Assembly: GCA_947629245.1 (NCBI GenBank)
Contig: CANRDC010000001.1
Coordinates: 93,667 to 157,666 of the forward strand
DNA length: 64,000 nucleotides
Direction of reading: 5' to 3'
Source: an uncultured Oscillospiraceae bacterium
GTDB taxonomy: Bacteria > Bacillota > Clostridia > Oscillospirales > Oscillospiraceae
The notes under the pieces were generated by a model. The model was not told where the DNA came from, made no database searches, and was given only the letters and a program-made list of their open reading frames with translations. The translations under genes and the position numbers were made by a program. Below are positions 43,774-52,800 of the stretch, in pieces (position 1 is the first letter of the stretch; each line of letters begins with the position of its first letter).

Positions 43774-44876
43774 AGAGTATCATCGACGTTTCGTCAGTGG
43801 TTTATGCTGGCCACGCCGGCAGACCCGACATGCAGTTTCAGGGATTTCCTATCGGTGGACTGAATAAAATACTGCGCCTTATCTACTCTGAGTTGTTTAA
43901 TGGGAGCGTCGCCTTGTGTTTCGATGGCGGTAATATCCTTAAGAAGGAGCTACTTCCGACGTATAAGGCAGAGCGTATTCCTGACTACTCAGTTATGGCG
44001 CAGATTGACGTCCTCAAGGAAATACTGACTGGGTGTAACATTCCGTTCTACTTCGACCCGAAGTACGAGGCCGATGACTTCGTGTACAGTGTTGTCAATC
44101 AGTGCACTTGTCTCGGCGATAAGTCGGAGATTAGGGTTTACTCCGACGACAGGGATATCTCTTGCTGTGTCAAGCCCAACTGTTCCGTCTATCCTGTCTC
44201 GTCTCATGGCACTATCATCAACATGTCGAACTACTCAGAGCATGTGGTTCGCGACAGGAGTATTCCGTACAACAGTATCTTGCTGTGGAAGATTTTCCAT
44301 GGCGACGCATCAGATAAATATAAGGGGATTACAATCCCCGGCGTGAACTTCGATACTTTTGCCCATGACTATATCGCGGAGGTTTCACCATTCATTGAGA
44401 ACGGCAGCTTCCCTGATACCTACTATGCAGAATATGAGGTCCTTGAAGCTTTTGTCAGCTCTTACAACGGGTTGTCCAGCGAGGGCGCAAAGAAGACATT
44501 TCTTGAGCAGGGGCGCATTGTGTTCCCCTACAAGTTGGAAACCTTGACATCAAGCATGGACGATGTCGTCGCCGACTTGCAAAAGGGTATGACTGTTCTG
44601 CAAGCTGAGCAGAAGCATATGAAGTTCTTTGACAGCAGTTCGATAGATGGTGCTCGCTTTGAGTTCGTTACTTCGATGCTTAACCATCGTGGTAAGCTTA
44701 TGCGGCGGCATCACAAATATAACGAGGACGATGCTGAGGGCGACGAGGTTCGTAAGTTCTTTAGCCTAAGAGCTAAGGACTTGTCGTCCGGTGTGTTCGC
44801 CGCTGAGCGGTATAAAAATCGCCAGGCCATAATGCCCCAGACTGAAGTCCTCAAGAATATGGACTTGCCTATATGA
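43770..44876 (+). CDS. Flap endonuclease / 5'-3' exonuclease (PIN-like plus H3TH, Pol I 5'-exo family)
   Basis: ALCFDGG, LLPTYKAERI (compare YKA.R), KYEADDFV (compare EADD), VYSDDRDISCCV (compare DkDl.QL) and HGDASDKYKGI (compare GD.sDNiPGv). Confidence 0.8.
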   Translation: MKSIIDVSSVVYAGHAGRPDMQFQGFPIGGLNKILRLIYSELFNGSVALCFDGGNILKKELLPTYKAERIPDYSVMAQIDVLKEILTGCNIPFYFDPKYEADDFVYSVVNQCTCLGDKSEIRVYSDDRDISCCVKPNCSVYPVSSHGTIINMSNYSEHVVRDRSIPYNSILLWKIFHGDASDKYKGITIPGVNFDTFAHDYIAEVSPFIENGSFPDTYYAEYEVLEAFVSSYNGLSSEGAKKTFLEQGRIVFPYKLETLTSSMDDVVADLQKGMTVLQAEQKHMKFFDSSSIDGARFEFVTSMLNHRGKLMRRHHKYNEDDAEGDEVRKFFSLRAKDLSSGVFAAERYKNRQAIMPQTEVLKNMDLPI

Positions 44877-45493
44877 TAAGAGGGGTGATTACAGTGGGGC
44901 ATGACCGCGTATACGACCTGTATTTCCGTGTGAGGACTTCTCAGTTGGAAAACGGAACTTACAGCCTGGAGTTCTTGAATTGGATAAAAGCTGGCGTGGC
45001 GTACAATATTCGTGGCGTCGAGGTCAGCTCAAGAAAGATTTCCTATTTTGCTGAGCTCTATGGTAAAGTAATGTCGGGTGAAGATATGCACCCCTATACA
45101 CGGGAATTGCGCGTCGCACTGTCTCGCTTCTACGAGGACTTATATAGGCTTTACCACGACCATGTAACCGCGGCGCGAAACGCTGCTGGTAAGAAGGGAA
45201 ACGGTTCTATACCGTTGATAACTAATCTGCTCTTAGTTCCTGCTTTTGAGCAGACTCCGTTTATGAGGGACCTGTTCCCAACGAGGGAAGTAATTATTGA
45301 TGATTATGTACCTCAACACCCACTGGAGATGAACAGAGAGCAGGATACCATTCACCTTGAGTCAAAGGACGTCTGGTACAAAGCAATGGCGCTCTACTAC
45401 GACTGTGGGGTTAAAACCTCTATCAAGGCAAACAGTGGCGCCAGCAATTCTGAGGAAAGTGCTTTCCTGTTGGAGGTAACAAAATGCCAGTGA
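44873..45493 (+). CDS. Hypothetical protein (206 aa)
   Basis: ATGA overlap with the FEN gene. No motif recognised. Confidence 0.5.
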   Translation: MIRGVITVGHDRVYDLYFRVRTSQLENGTYSLEFLNWIKAGVAYNIRGVEVSSRKISYFAELYGKVMSGEDMHPYTRELRVALSRFYEDLYRLYHDHVTAARNAAGKKGNGSIPLITNLLLVPAFEQTPFMRDLFPTREVIIDDYVPQHPLEMNREQDTIHLESKDVWYKAMALYYDCGVKTSIKANSGASNSEESAFLLEVTKCQ

Positions 45494-46077
45494 CAGATAC
45501 TGAGCGGATTACTATGAGGGTGCCCCTTAATATGGGGCACCTGATTGGCAACACGCTGAGACAATACGCCATGCGTGGCAGCCACACATGGCAGATAGCC
45601 GCGTATAATGTCGGGCCCAGAGCTGGTAGCTATGGCTTTGCAAACGAGCTTAGTTTTAGCTGTCTTGACCTTCTTAAGGGTGTGCTCATATGTAATGATA
45701 AGCCCGAACCTGGGAAGGAAAAGAAGTGCGTGTTCCAGCTAAAAGGCAACGAATACGTATGCGGCGACATGAAAATCGTCAACCTTGGCAATCTCGGAAT
45801 AACATCTATGAACGTGTGTTTGGTCTGCGCAAGTGGAACACGCACGGCGGAGCAAAATTTTGAGGTTGCGAAAAGGCTGTGTCCTGCGGAACAATCGGAC
45901 TTTGTCGCCGTGCCGAGCCGACATACAAGGGCCATAAAATTCCGCTACGAAGTAACACCGTACGATTTAACCACAGAGATACTGGATATTGAGGCGACAG
46001 CTGGAGTGGTCAACTTCGCCCGTAGCGCCGCTATTCAGTCTCTCCAAGAGCTCTCCATGCAGGTTCAGCCCGCATAA
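45484..46077 (+). CDS. RNA polymerase alpha-subunit N-terminal-domain-like protein (no linker or CTD); tentative
   Basis: GGAGG RBS. By-eye collinear match to E. coli RpoA 1-235: [34 protein letters not shown] versus [46 protein letters not shown] versus [28 protein letters not shown] versus [44 protein letters not shown] versus [30 protein letters not shown]. Confidence 0.45.
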   Translation: [197 protein letters not shown]

Positions 46078-46082
46078 CGAAT

Positions 46083-46460
46083 ATGGGCACTAAATCTGAG
46101 TATGCCCCTGTATTCGGGTTGTATCTAAACCCTGCTGACCTACGCATTTTGTATGATAATACTGCGTTGAGCACAGTCCCAGCGTCTCAGTATTTTGAAA
46201 TGCAAGCGCGTGGAGAAGGCATCGGAGAGTATCTTCCTATCCCTGATGGCACAACGCATTGGAAGTCCGCCTGGTATAAGAACTTCTTAGTTAATGCCAG
46301 CGTAGAGGGCGAGGACCTCTATGTACTGGCTAATGACGCGAGGTTTGGACTGACGTACTTTCATTATGTGTTTGCTAAAGATAAAAGACTCTATAGGTAT
46401 TGCAATGATATGCCTTATAGGGTCGTAATACTCGAAAGGAGAAAAATACCATGCCCGTAA
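46083..46460 (+). CDS. Hypothetical protein (125 aa)
   Basis: ORF in the operon that overlaps the next gene by 10 nt. No obvious RBS. Confidence 0.45.
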   Translation: MGTKSEYAPVFGLYLNPADLRILYDNTALSTVPASQYFEMQARGEGIGEYLPIPDGTTHWKSAWYKNFLVNASVEGEDLYVLANDARFGLTYFHYVFAKDKRLYRYCNDMPYRVVILERRKIPCP

Positions 46461-47827
46461 CCTCTAATCTCGCGAACGTTGCCAACAATGCCAGAATGGT
46501 TGCTCCTATGGACCTCGGCGGCAGCGCTCCCAGCATCCCCGGTGACTTCACCGGTGGCATCACCACCGCGACCGGCGACCTCTCCGCCCGTATTCAGAAG
46601 GCTGTTCAGAAGTACGGCTATCTGTACGGCTATATCATGAGGTACGCTCCCCGCATCGAGTTCGCCATGCTCAAGAAGAAGAAGGACAAGGGTACCGCTG
46701 AGTACGAAATCGGCGTCCGTCAGACCCGTCCCTCCAGCATCGAGCGCGTCCTCGTGACCCTGCCCGCCATGGCTATTTGCAACGGCGAGCACACCATCGC
46801 CTCCCCTGAGGAAATCCAGCAGTGCGCCGTTGACTACAACAGGCCCGTGACTGACGTCGTGAACCTGGTGTGGGAGAAGGACGTTGCTTGCGCCTACCTG
46901 CTGGCCCTCGGCGGCATCATTCCGGAGTACAAGCCCAACGTGGTCGAGGGCGCCAGCGAGCAGTGGCCCGCTCAGCTCCTTGAGTCCGGTTCTCCCGATG
47001 TCTCCTATGTGAAGGTCACGGCTCGCAAGAAGCCCAACGCCGCCACCGGCATCACCATGAACCTGAAGTGCACCACTCGGCGTACCCTCCTCACTCAGCA
47101 CAACTTCGTCGCCCTCCGCGCCTATGAGCACATTCCTCTGAAGCCCAAGGCCGACGCCGCCTTCATGTATGAGCTGAACGAGTCTGCTTTCGGCACCTGG
47201 AGGAACCGCCGTCTCAACCGTGAGAGCACTGTCTCCATGCTTGAGGACGCCATCAACCAGTGCCCGAGCCAGATTGCTCGTACCACCTACACCTTCACCG
47301 ACAAGAACGGCGAGACTGTCGAGAAGAACGACGGCATCATGTCCTGCTTCACTCTCGACAAGAACGCGAAGGACAATGCCCTGAAGCTCTCCGGCGCTCA
47401 TGCTGAGATGGTCCAGGCCATGACCGCGACCTCCGCGAAGTTCGTGCCCTGGTACACCGCCGCTACTCAGAAGAAGGACGAGAAGACCTCCTATGAGAGC
47501 GCGACCCGCATCGTCAAGCGCGAGTATCGTGAGACCAAGAGCGGCGACAAGAAGCTCCGCACCATTCCTCTGAACTGGCGTGACAACAAGAACGCCGAGG
47601 AGTTCGCTCCTTACGTCTCCTTCGCCGCCAACGCTCAGAGCGCGGGCTATGTGACCGCGGCTCAGCTCGACTCCCTGGCCACCGCCTCCAACCGCGGCAG
47701 CAAGCAGAAGACCAACCTGCTCGCTGACAAGGATATCAAGGCCGGCTTCACCGCCATGCTCCGCGACGACACCTTCAAGAGCCGTCTGGACGAGGCCCGT
47801 CGGGAGTTCGCCGTTCAGGGTGTGTAA
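46451..47827 (+). CDS. Highly expressed (codon-optimised) protein of unknown function (458 aa); possibly the main structural or DNA-associated protein of the element
   Basis: AAGGAG RBS. Very strong GC3 codon bias that produces a full-length antisense shadow ORF. Followed by two strong hairpins. Confidence 0.6.
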   Translation: MPVTSNLANVANNARMVAPMDLGGSAPSIPGDFTGGITTATGDLSARIQKAVQKYGYLYGYIMRYAPRIEFAMLKKKKDKGTAEYEIGVRQTRPSSIERVLVTLPAMAICNGEHTIASPEEIQQCAVDYNRPVTDVVNLVWEKDVACAYLLALGGIIPEYKPNVVEGASEQWPAQLLESGSPDVSYVKVTARKKPNAATGITMNLKCTTRRTLLTQHNFVALRAYEHIPLKPKADAAFMYELNESAFGTWRNRRLNRESTVSMLEDAINQCPSQIARTTYTFTDKNGETVEKNDGIMSCFTLDKNAKDNALKLSGAHAEMVQAMTATSAKFVPWYTAATQKKDEKTSYESATRIVKREYRETKSGDKKLRTIPLNWRDNKNAEEFAPYVSFAANAQSAGYVTAAQLDSLATASNRGSKQKTNLLADKDIKAGFTAMLRDDTFKSRLDEARREFAVQGV

Positions 47828-47829
47828 TC

Positions 47830-47840
47830 CACACTTCTGC
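47830..47840 (+). repeat. Direct repeat copy 1: CACACTTCTGC
   Basis: Exact 11-mer starting 3 nt after the stop codon of ORF 46451-47827. It recurs exactly 400 nt downstream. Confidence 0.8.
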
Positions 47841-47862
47841 GGCTTACCGGCAGCATAAGAAA

Positions 47863-47893
47863 GTGGGTAAGGTCGAAATGCGGCCTTACCCAC
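47863..47893 (+). terminator. Strong hairpin after the codon-optimised gene
   Basis: GTGGGTAAGG-tcgaaatgcgg-CCTTACCCAC. Confidence 0.5.
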
Positions 47894-48166
47894 ACTACTG
47901 CATTGGCGCCGCCTAATGGGTGGCGGTGACCTGCGAAAATGAGAGATTGTGACGTCCTTGCCGGCTTGTAGGTTAGGCAGATTTTATCAGTACGAGGTTC
48001 TCGTCTAACTGAAAATCGCCGCCATAAGACCCTGCTTGGCTTGCCATGGTGCCCTTGTTACGGTTAGTTTTTCCGTTTGGCGCCGCGTAATGTAGCATTT
48101 AAGCCTGAGTGAATCGGGCATCGGATTAGCTCTATAAAAACTAAAGACTTAAGTGCTCCCAGAAAC

Positions 48167-48209
48167 GAAGCCCCCGAAGTTAGGAATAGTTCCTGACTTC
48201 GGGGGCTTT
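48167..48209 (+). terminator. Long GC-rich hairpin (terminator-like)
   Basis: GAAGCCCCCGAAGT-TAGGAAtagTTCCTG-ACTTCGGGGGCTT followed by TG. Confidence 0.6.
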
Positions 48210-48229
48210 GCCGTCTCCCTGCAAGATTT

Positions 48230-48240
48230 CACACTTCTGC
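48230..48240 (+). repeat. Direct repeat copy 2: CACACTTCTGC
   Basis: Exact 11-mer located 36 nt upstream of ATG 48276. Confidence 0.8.
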
Positions 48241-48275
48241 ACCAACACTGAAATATATCCTAAGGGGTGGTCGCC

Positions 48276-49376
48276 ATGTTAACTATCAACAGTCTCGACG
48301 ACGTTCGTGGGAATAACGTTGTCATTTATTCAATCAAGAAACTCCTCGCCAACCGCACATATCCTACATTCTCGATAATGTCTGGTAATATGGGCGTTGG
48401 CAAATCGACAGTCGCCAGGCTTGTCGCTGAAGCGTTAAACATGTCTGAGGCTCCTGTTCATATCTATAACTTCGGCATGGATATCAACATGAAGGAGCTT
48501 GAGGAAACTGTTTTCAAGATGAACCCTTCTGAGCCAAGGGCTTTCGTCTTTGAGGAGCTTCATGGATTGGACAAAAGTCAACAGACTGCATTGCTTACCA
48601 TGCTCGACTCGCAACCCTCTAACGTTTATATAATATGTACGACTACCGAAATCTACAAAGTTCTAAGGACTATTCGTAGCCGCGCACACGTTTGGGAGTT
48701 CCGCTTGCTTGGTGAACGCCAGCTTGCTCAGCTTCTTGATGACTATCTCGAAGCCGAAGGAATAACCAATTTCTCTAAAACCGCCAAGTCCGTTCTTCTT
48801 AAGTCGGCTCGTGGTGTACCTCGTGACCTTCTAAAGAATACAGATATTGCAATCGCCGGCGAGTTTAACAGTGAGAATTTGAACCAATTATTAGGTCAAG
48901 TTTCGGAAGACCTGATTTTCGCGCTCTTTTGCTCATTAAAAACACAGTCGGTTGAGTTCACGAGCAACATATCCCAGTTGATGGATGAAGGCAGTGAGCA
49001 CAAGTTAGCTCAACTGCGTGATTTCTGGACGCGTTATCTTCTCGAACAACGCGGCATTGATAACCCGACAATCTCTAAAGATAAGTTGGAGCAGCTCTCA
49101 TTGTTGTTCTCGGTTGACGAGGCTATTAAAGTCGCCAGGACTTTAATCCGTGCCACAGAGGACACTCTGATGCTGGAACTGGTCGCCTTGAATATGGAGC
49201 TCACTAAAACCTCAGCTGGTTATCAGGTTGGTCAGCAAAAGGATAAGAGAGCACAGGGCACAGCGCAGGGTATTGTTACTGCTCCCTCTGAGGCTGTCGC
49301 GCGAAGGAAAGAAAACGCCAGGATTTCACCCATCAGCTTAGATGGCTATCAATTGAATTCATCGAAGGAGAAGTGA
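48276..49376 (+). CDS. Clamp-loader AAA+ ATPase (DnaX/HolB, RFC-like)
   Basis: Walker A SGNMGVGKST. Walker B AFVFEELHGL. Sensor/SRC-type motif KVLRTIRSRAHVWEF (compare tI.SRC..f.f). Confidence 0.75.
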   Translation: MLTINSLDDVRGNNVVIYSIKKLLANRTYPTFSIMSGNMGVGKSTVARLVAEALNMSEAPVHIYNFGMDINMKELEETVFKMNPSEPRAFVFEELHGLDKSQQTALLTMLDSQPSNVYIICTTTEIYKVLRTIRSRAHVWEFRLLGERQLAQLLDDYLEAEGITNFSKTAKSVLLKSARGVPRDLLKNTDIAIAGEFNSENLNQLLGQVSEDLIFALFCSLKTQSVEFTSNISQLMDEGSEHKLAQLRDFWTRYLLEQRGIDNPTISKDKLEQLSLLFSVDEAIKVARTLIRATEDTLMLELVALNMELTKTSAGYQVGQQKDKRAQGTAQGIVTAPSEAVARRKENARISPISLDGYQLNSSKEK

Positions 49377-49380
49377 TGCC

Positions 49381-49812
49381 ATGCGTATTAAGGTTGGTAG
49401 ATTAGTTGATGTTGAAAAGGACGTCAACTTAGCTGACCTCTCTCCGCTTGACAGAGTTATCGCCGCCGCTACAAATGCGTATCGTAATACGAAAATGTAT
49501 AAACGCCGTTACGCTGAGACGGAGGAGAAACGCGAGGCTCAAAGACGTAAGGTCCGAGAGGCACTAACTGACTCTATACTGGCGGCGATACACCCGGAGC
49601 TTGACTTAAACAAGACCCTAAAAGATAAGGGAGATACTTGTATTGGAGTCTTGCTTAAGATACCGGCAAGGTACCACGTGTTCCTCCACGATGTGCTTGA
49701 AGCACATGAATTCGATGCATATAGCACAATGATTATACCACCATCTAAGTCATTGTGTAAGTTTAGTAATCCACCGTATCTTTTATATGTCGAGAATAGA
49801 GGAGGTGTCTAA
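49381..49812 (+). CDS. Hypothetical protein (143 aa)
   Basis: GAAGGAG RBS. No motif recognised. Confidence 0.5.
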   Translation: MRIKVGRLVDVEKDVNLADLSPLDRVIAAATNAYRNTKMYKRRYAETEEKREAQRRKVREALTDSILAAIHPELDLNKTLKDKGDTCIGVLLKIPARYHVFLHDVLEAHEFDAYSTMIIPPSKSLCKFSNPPYLLYVENRGGV

Positions 49813-49815
49813 GAA

Positions 49816-52800
49816 ATGCGTAAGCGTTTTAAAGGCATAATCGTACGTGTGTCTGCCTTTATGCTGGTCTTGGTTATGACCATGACTGAAGCGTTGGCTG
49901 TGAACAAAGAAGTCAAAGTGTTCGGCGCCAAGTCTATTAACGACATGGGTGGGAGCGACCATCGCGTTACGATGGACGAACTCTATGATGATTACTCTGA
50001 CTTTGTTCAGGTTGACACACTTCGCGAGTATTTCCATAAAGACCAACCATCTCCTGCTAAGGCCGACCTCGGCACTGAGCTGAGTTGGTTGATTGACAAC
50101 AACATCATATCACGCGATAGTGTGATAATTGTCTCCAATGTTGGTGACAACACTATTCCTGAAGTCAACATTGAAAAGATGGATATTTCCCAGATAAACG
50201 TACAGAGCGTAACGAGGACCGACCTTATTATGCATCTGTATAAGGCTGTGTTCGGTCCCATCAATGCCAGGAGTATTGGCGTTGAAACTGCTAACGTTCG
50301 CGTTGATGACGGCGAGTACATAACACTCGAAGACCTTATGAAGAAGAGTGGGTTCTCTGAAGGTGTTAGCACACCTGTTGTTCCGCCGTATGATATAACC
50401 ACTGAGGGCGCCAGCGGAGGAGCTGGTGGTAGTGGTGGAGCCGGAGCTGTCAGCGGTCAGGGTGGCGAAGGCGGCGAAGGTGGCAAAACCTCTACTGGCG
50501 GAAATATGACACAGCAGGCAAATAACGACTCTTCTAACTGGAGGTACCAGCCACAGGGTGATTTGTGGGAAAGTATCTTTGGTGACACTAACATCTTCAT
50601 CAGCCAGAACGAGTTCACGCAGACGCAGACCGGCGGTACCGGCGGTAATGGCGGCGGAGGCGGTAACGGAGGAGAAGGCGGAGATGCTGATAAGGGCGGC
50701 GATGGCGGTGACGGTGGTGACGCTTCCGGCGGAGGCATCGACGACGACGGCAATACCATAGAGGGAACTCCTGGTGGCGACGGGGGCGATGGTGGTGACT
50801 CACTTGGTGGCGGCGGAGGCGGCGGCGGCTCCGGTGGAACTGGCGGGCAGGCCGTTACCGGTCCGAACCAGATTGACTACGAGACTGACTACAAGCAAAT
50901 CTACTTCATTCCTGGCGCCGACATCCTGTTCTACAACACTAACGATGTACCTGAGCCTTACATTCGTGAAGCCTTGGCGAAGGGACTTCTCACAGGTGAT
51001 AAAGAACTGAGGACTGAGGAGTTCAATAAGACATTCATTGACTTCTACTCTAACGATAACACCATTCGTGCATCGTGGGAGGGAAGCGTTCCGGCGTATG
51101 TTGTCAACCGCTCAATCAATAAGTTGAAGACTTATGCGAACGTCGATAATGTCGCCATGCAGTTTGTCCTTGGCTCTTGCTGGAATGTGTCTTACTCTAA
51201 CGGCACTATGACTATCGAAAGACTCAACCCCTTCGAGGCTAAGTCTGGTTACTTCTCCTCCGAGTATGTAACGAAGATGGAAATGTACCGCTACATTTAT
51301 GAGTTCCTGTACGCAAACGAGAAGGTCCTCTCGGACCTCGAACGTGATATCGTGAACTATAAGTATGGTACTCAGCTTGAGGGCATTGTGAACGGTGAAG
51401 ATGCTGAAATCATTGAGTATCTGATTGCAAAGGGAATTATCAACTATGATATCTCCACGGAATTTATGAACCTTGGTAACCCTGTGCACTGGTGCGATTT
51501 GATTAGTATGCTCTATCGCCTGGCGAATAAGAACGCTCGCTATGACTTCTCCGTCATTCAGCTGACTGACTCTGAAGCTGCTTGGAAGGCTCGCGGCTTT
51601 GGTCCTCGTACGCTAACTGCTGTGCCTTCGTCTTCGACTGGTACTATTAGGTTGGCGGACGAGAATGCTCCGGACTTTAATGGAGACAATGTTCTTATAT
51701 CCGAAGAAGTCGGCGAGTCATTTGAGGCAGTTGCAACATCTAAGGTAGACGACGGTTATAACTTTGTTAACTTCGGAGACCCAACTGACAACACGATAGC
51801 TACCGCGAGCACATCTGATATGTACAGCTATCGGTACACTTTCACAACAACTGGTCTTGCGCTGACTCTTAATGATGCTACTTCAACTCTATCAAGTGTG
51901 CTAAATAGAGAAGTAGATTACAATGCGATTGGACTCGCTGGACAACCGCAGACTGCAGCTGGTAGATATGTTGCAGTAATGCTGTACGACATGTTCACTA
52001 ACAAAAGCGGGTATACAAAGAAGAACGGGTACAACTCAACTGATGCATATCAGGCTGATGTACTCGACTGGCCTACGACTTGTACTGGTGATGACCCAGC
52101 TGGAAGAATACTTGCTGATGTCCTTTGTAATATGTGGGTCATAGGGACATGGCAGAAAAATCCTCAGGACCGTTCGAGGAACGAGGTCGCACATATACTT
52201 ACTGATGTTATGGCGTACATGAAGGAGAAAGAGGAAAAGCATAAAGCTAATCCTGATAATCCGCTCTATCCTGCACGTACGGCTGAGGAGAACCTTGCAT
52301 ATAATGCACTTATATCGTTGGACCAGCGATATCATGAGAGCTATAAAGAAGACAGTGGCCCTCAGAACATCAGCTTCGTGTTCTTGAATAAAGGCGCGGC
52401 TGATGGAGCAACTAAGTTCCAGAAACTCACTACTCCGGGAGCGTACTCTCAGAGCTTTGGCGATTGCTTTAATGGGCTCGCAGGCTGTACATATAATATT
52501 AAGGTTGACGGTGTCACTAAGAACTACGTTGCACAATTTGCTTCATTGCCCTCTGTAAATACTCAACGTGTTGTCAATGGTGACCCTCTGATACTGGAGA
52601 TTGCCGGTAACTGCCAGCTCAACGTTGTTACCGCTACGGAGGATAACGACCTTGCCAAAGCAGTTAAGGCTGCTGGTAATAGCTCTGGTAGTCTCGGCGC
52701 ATTTGATGCTGCGAGTATGACAGTTGGCATTACTACGCAGGTTTCTAATTCCGGCTCAGAGGGCTTTGTGTCTCGTAGCCAGATTGAGCAATATAATACA

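Noticed and set aside
46415-47893. 492-aa minus-strand ORF.
   Set aside because: Same explanation: it is antisense to the strongly codon-biased gene 46451-47827, with a low-complexity G/L/V/A-rich product and no translation signals.
50401-50850. Repetitive GGN-rich DNA, checked as a possible CRISPR array or non-coding tandem repeat.
   Set aside because: It lies in-frame inside the 1919-aa ORF and encodes a Gly-rich linker. It has no repeat-spacer periodicity of 25-40 nt. No CRISPR-like array exists anywhere in the window.
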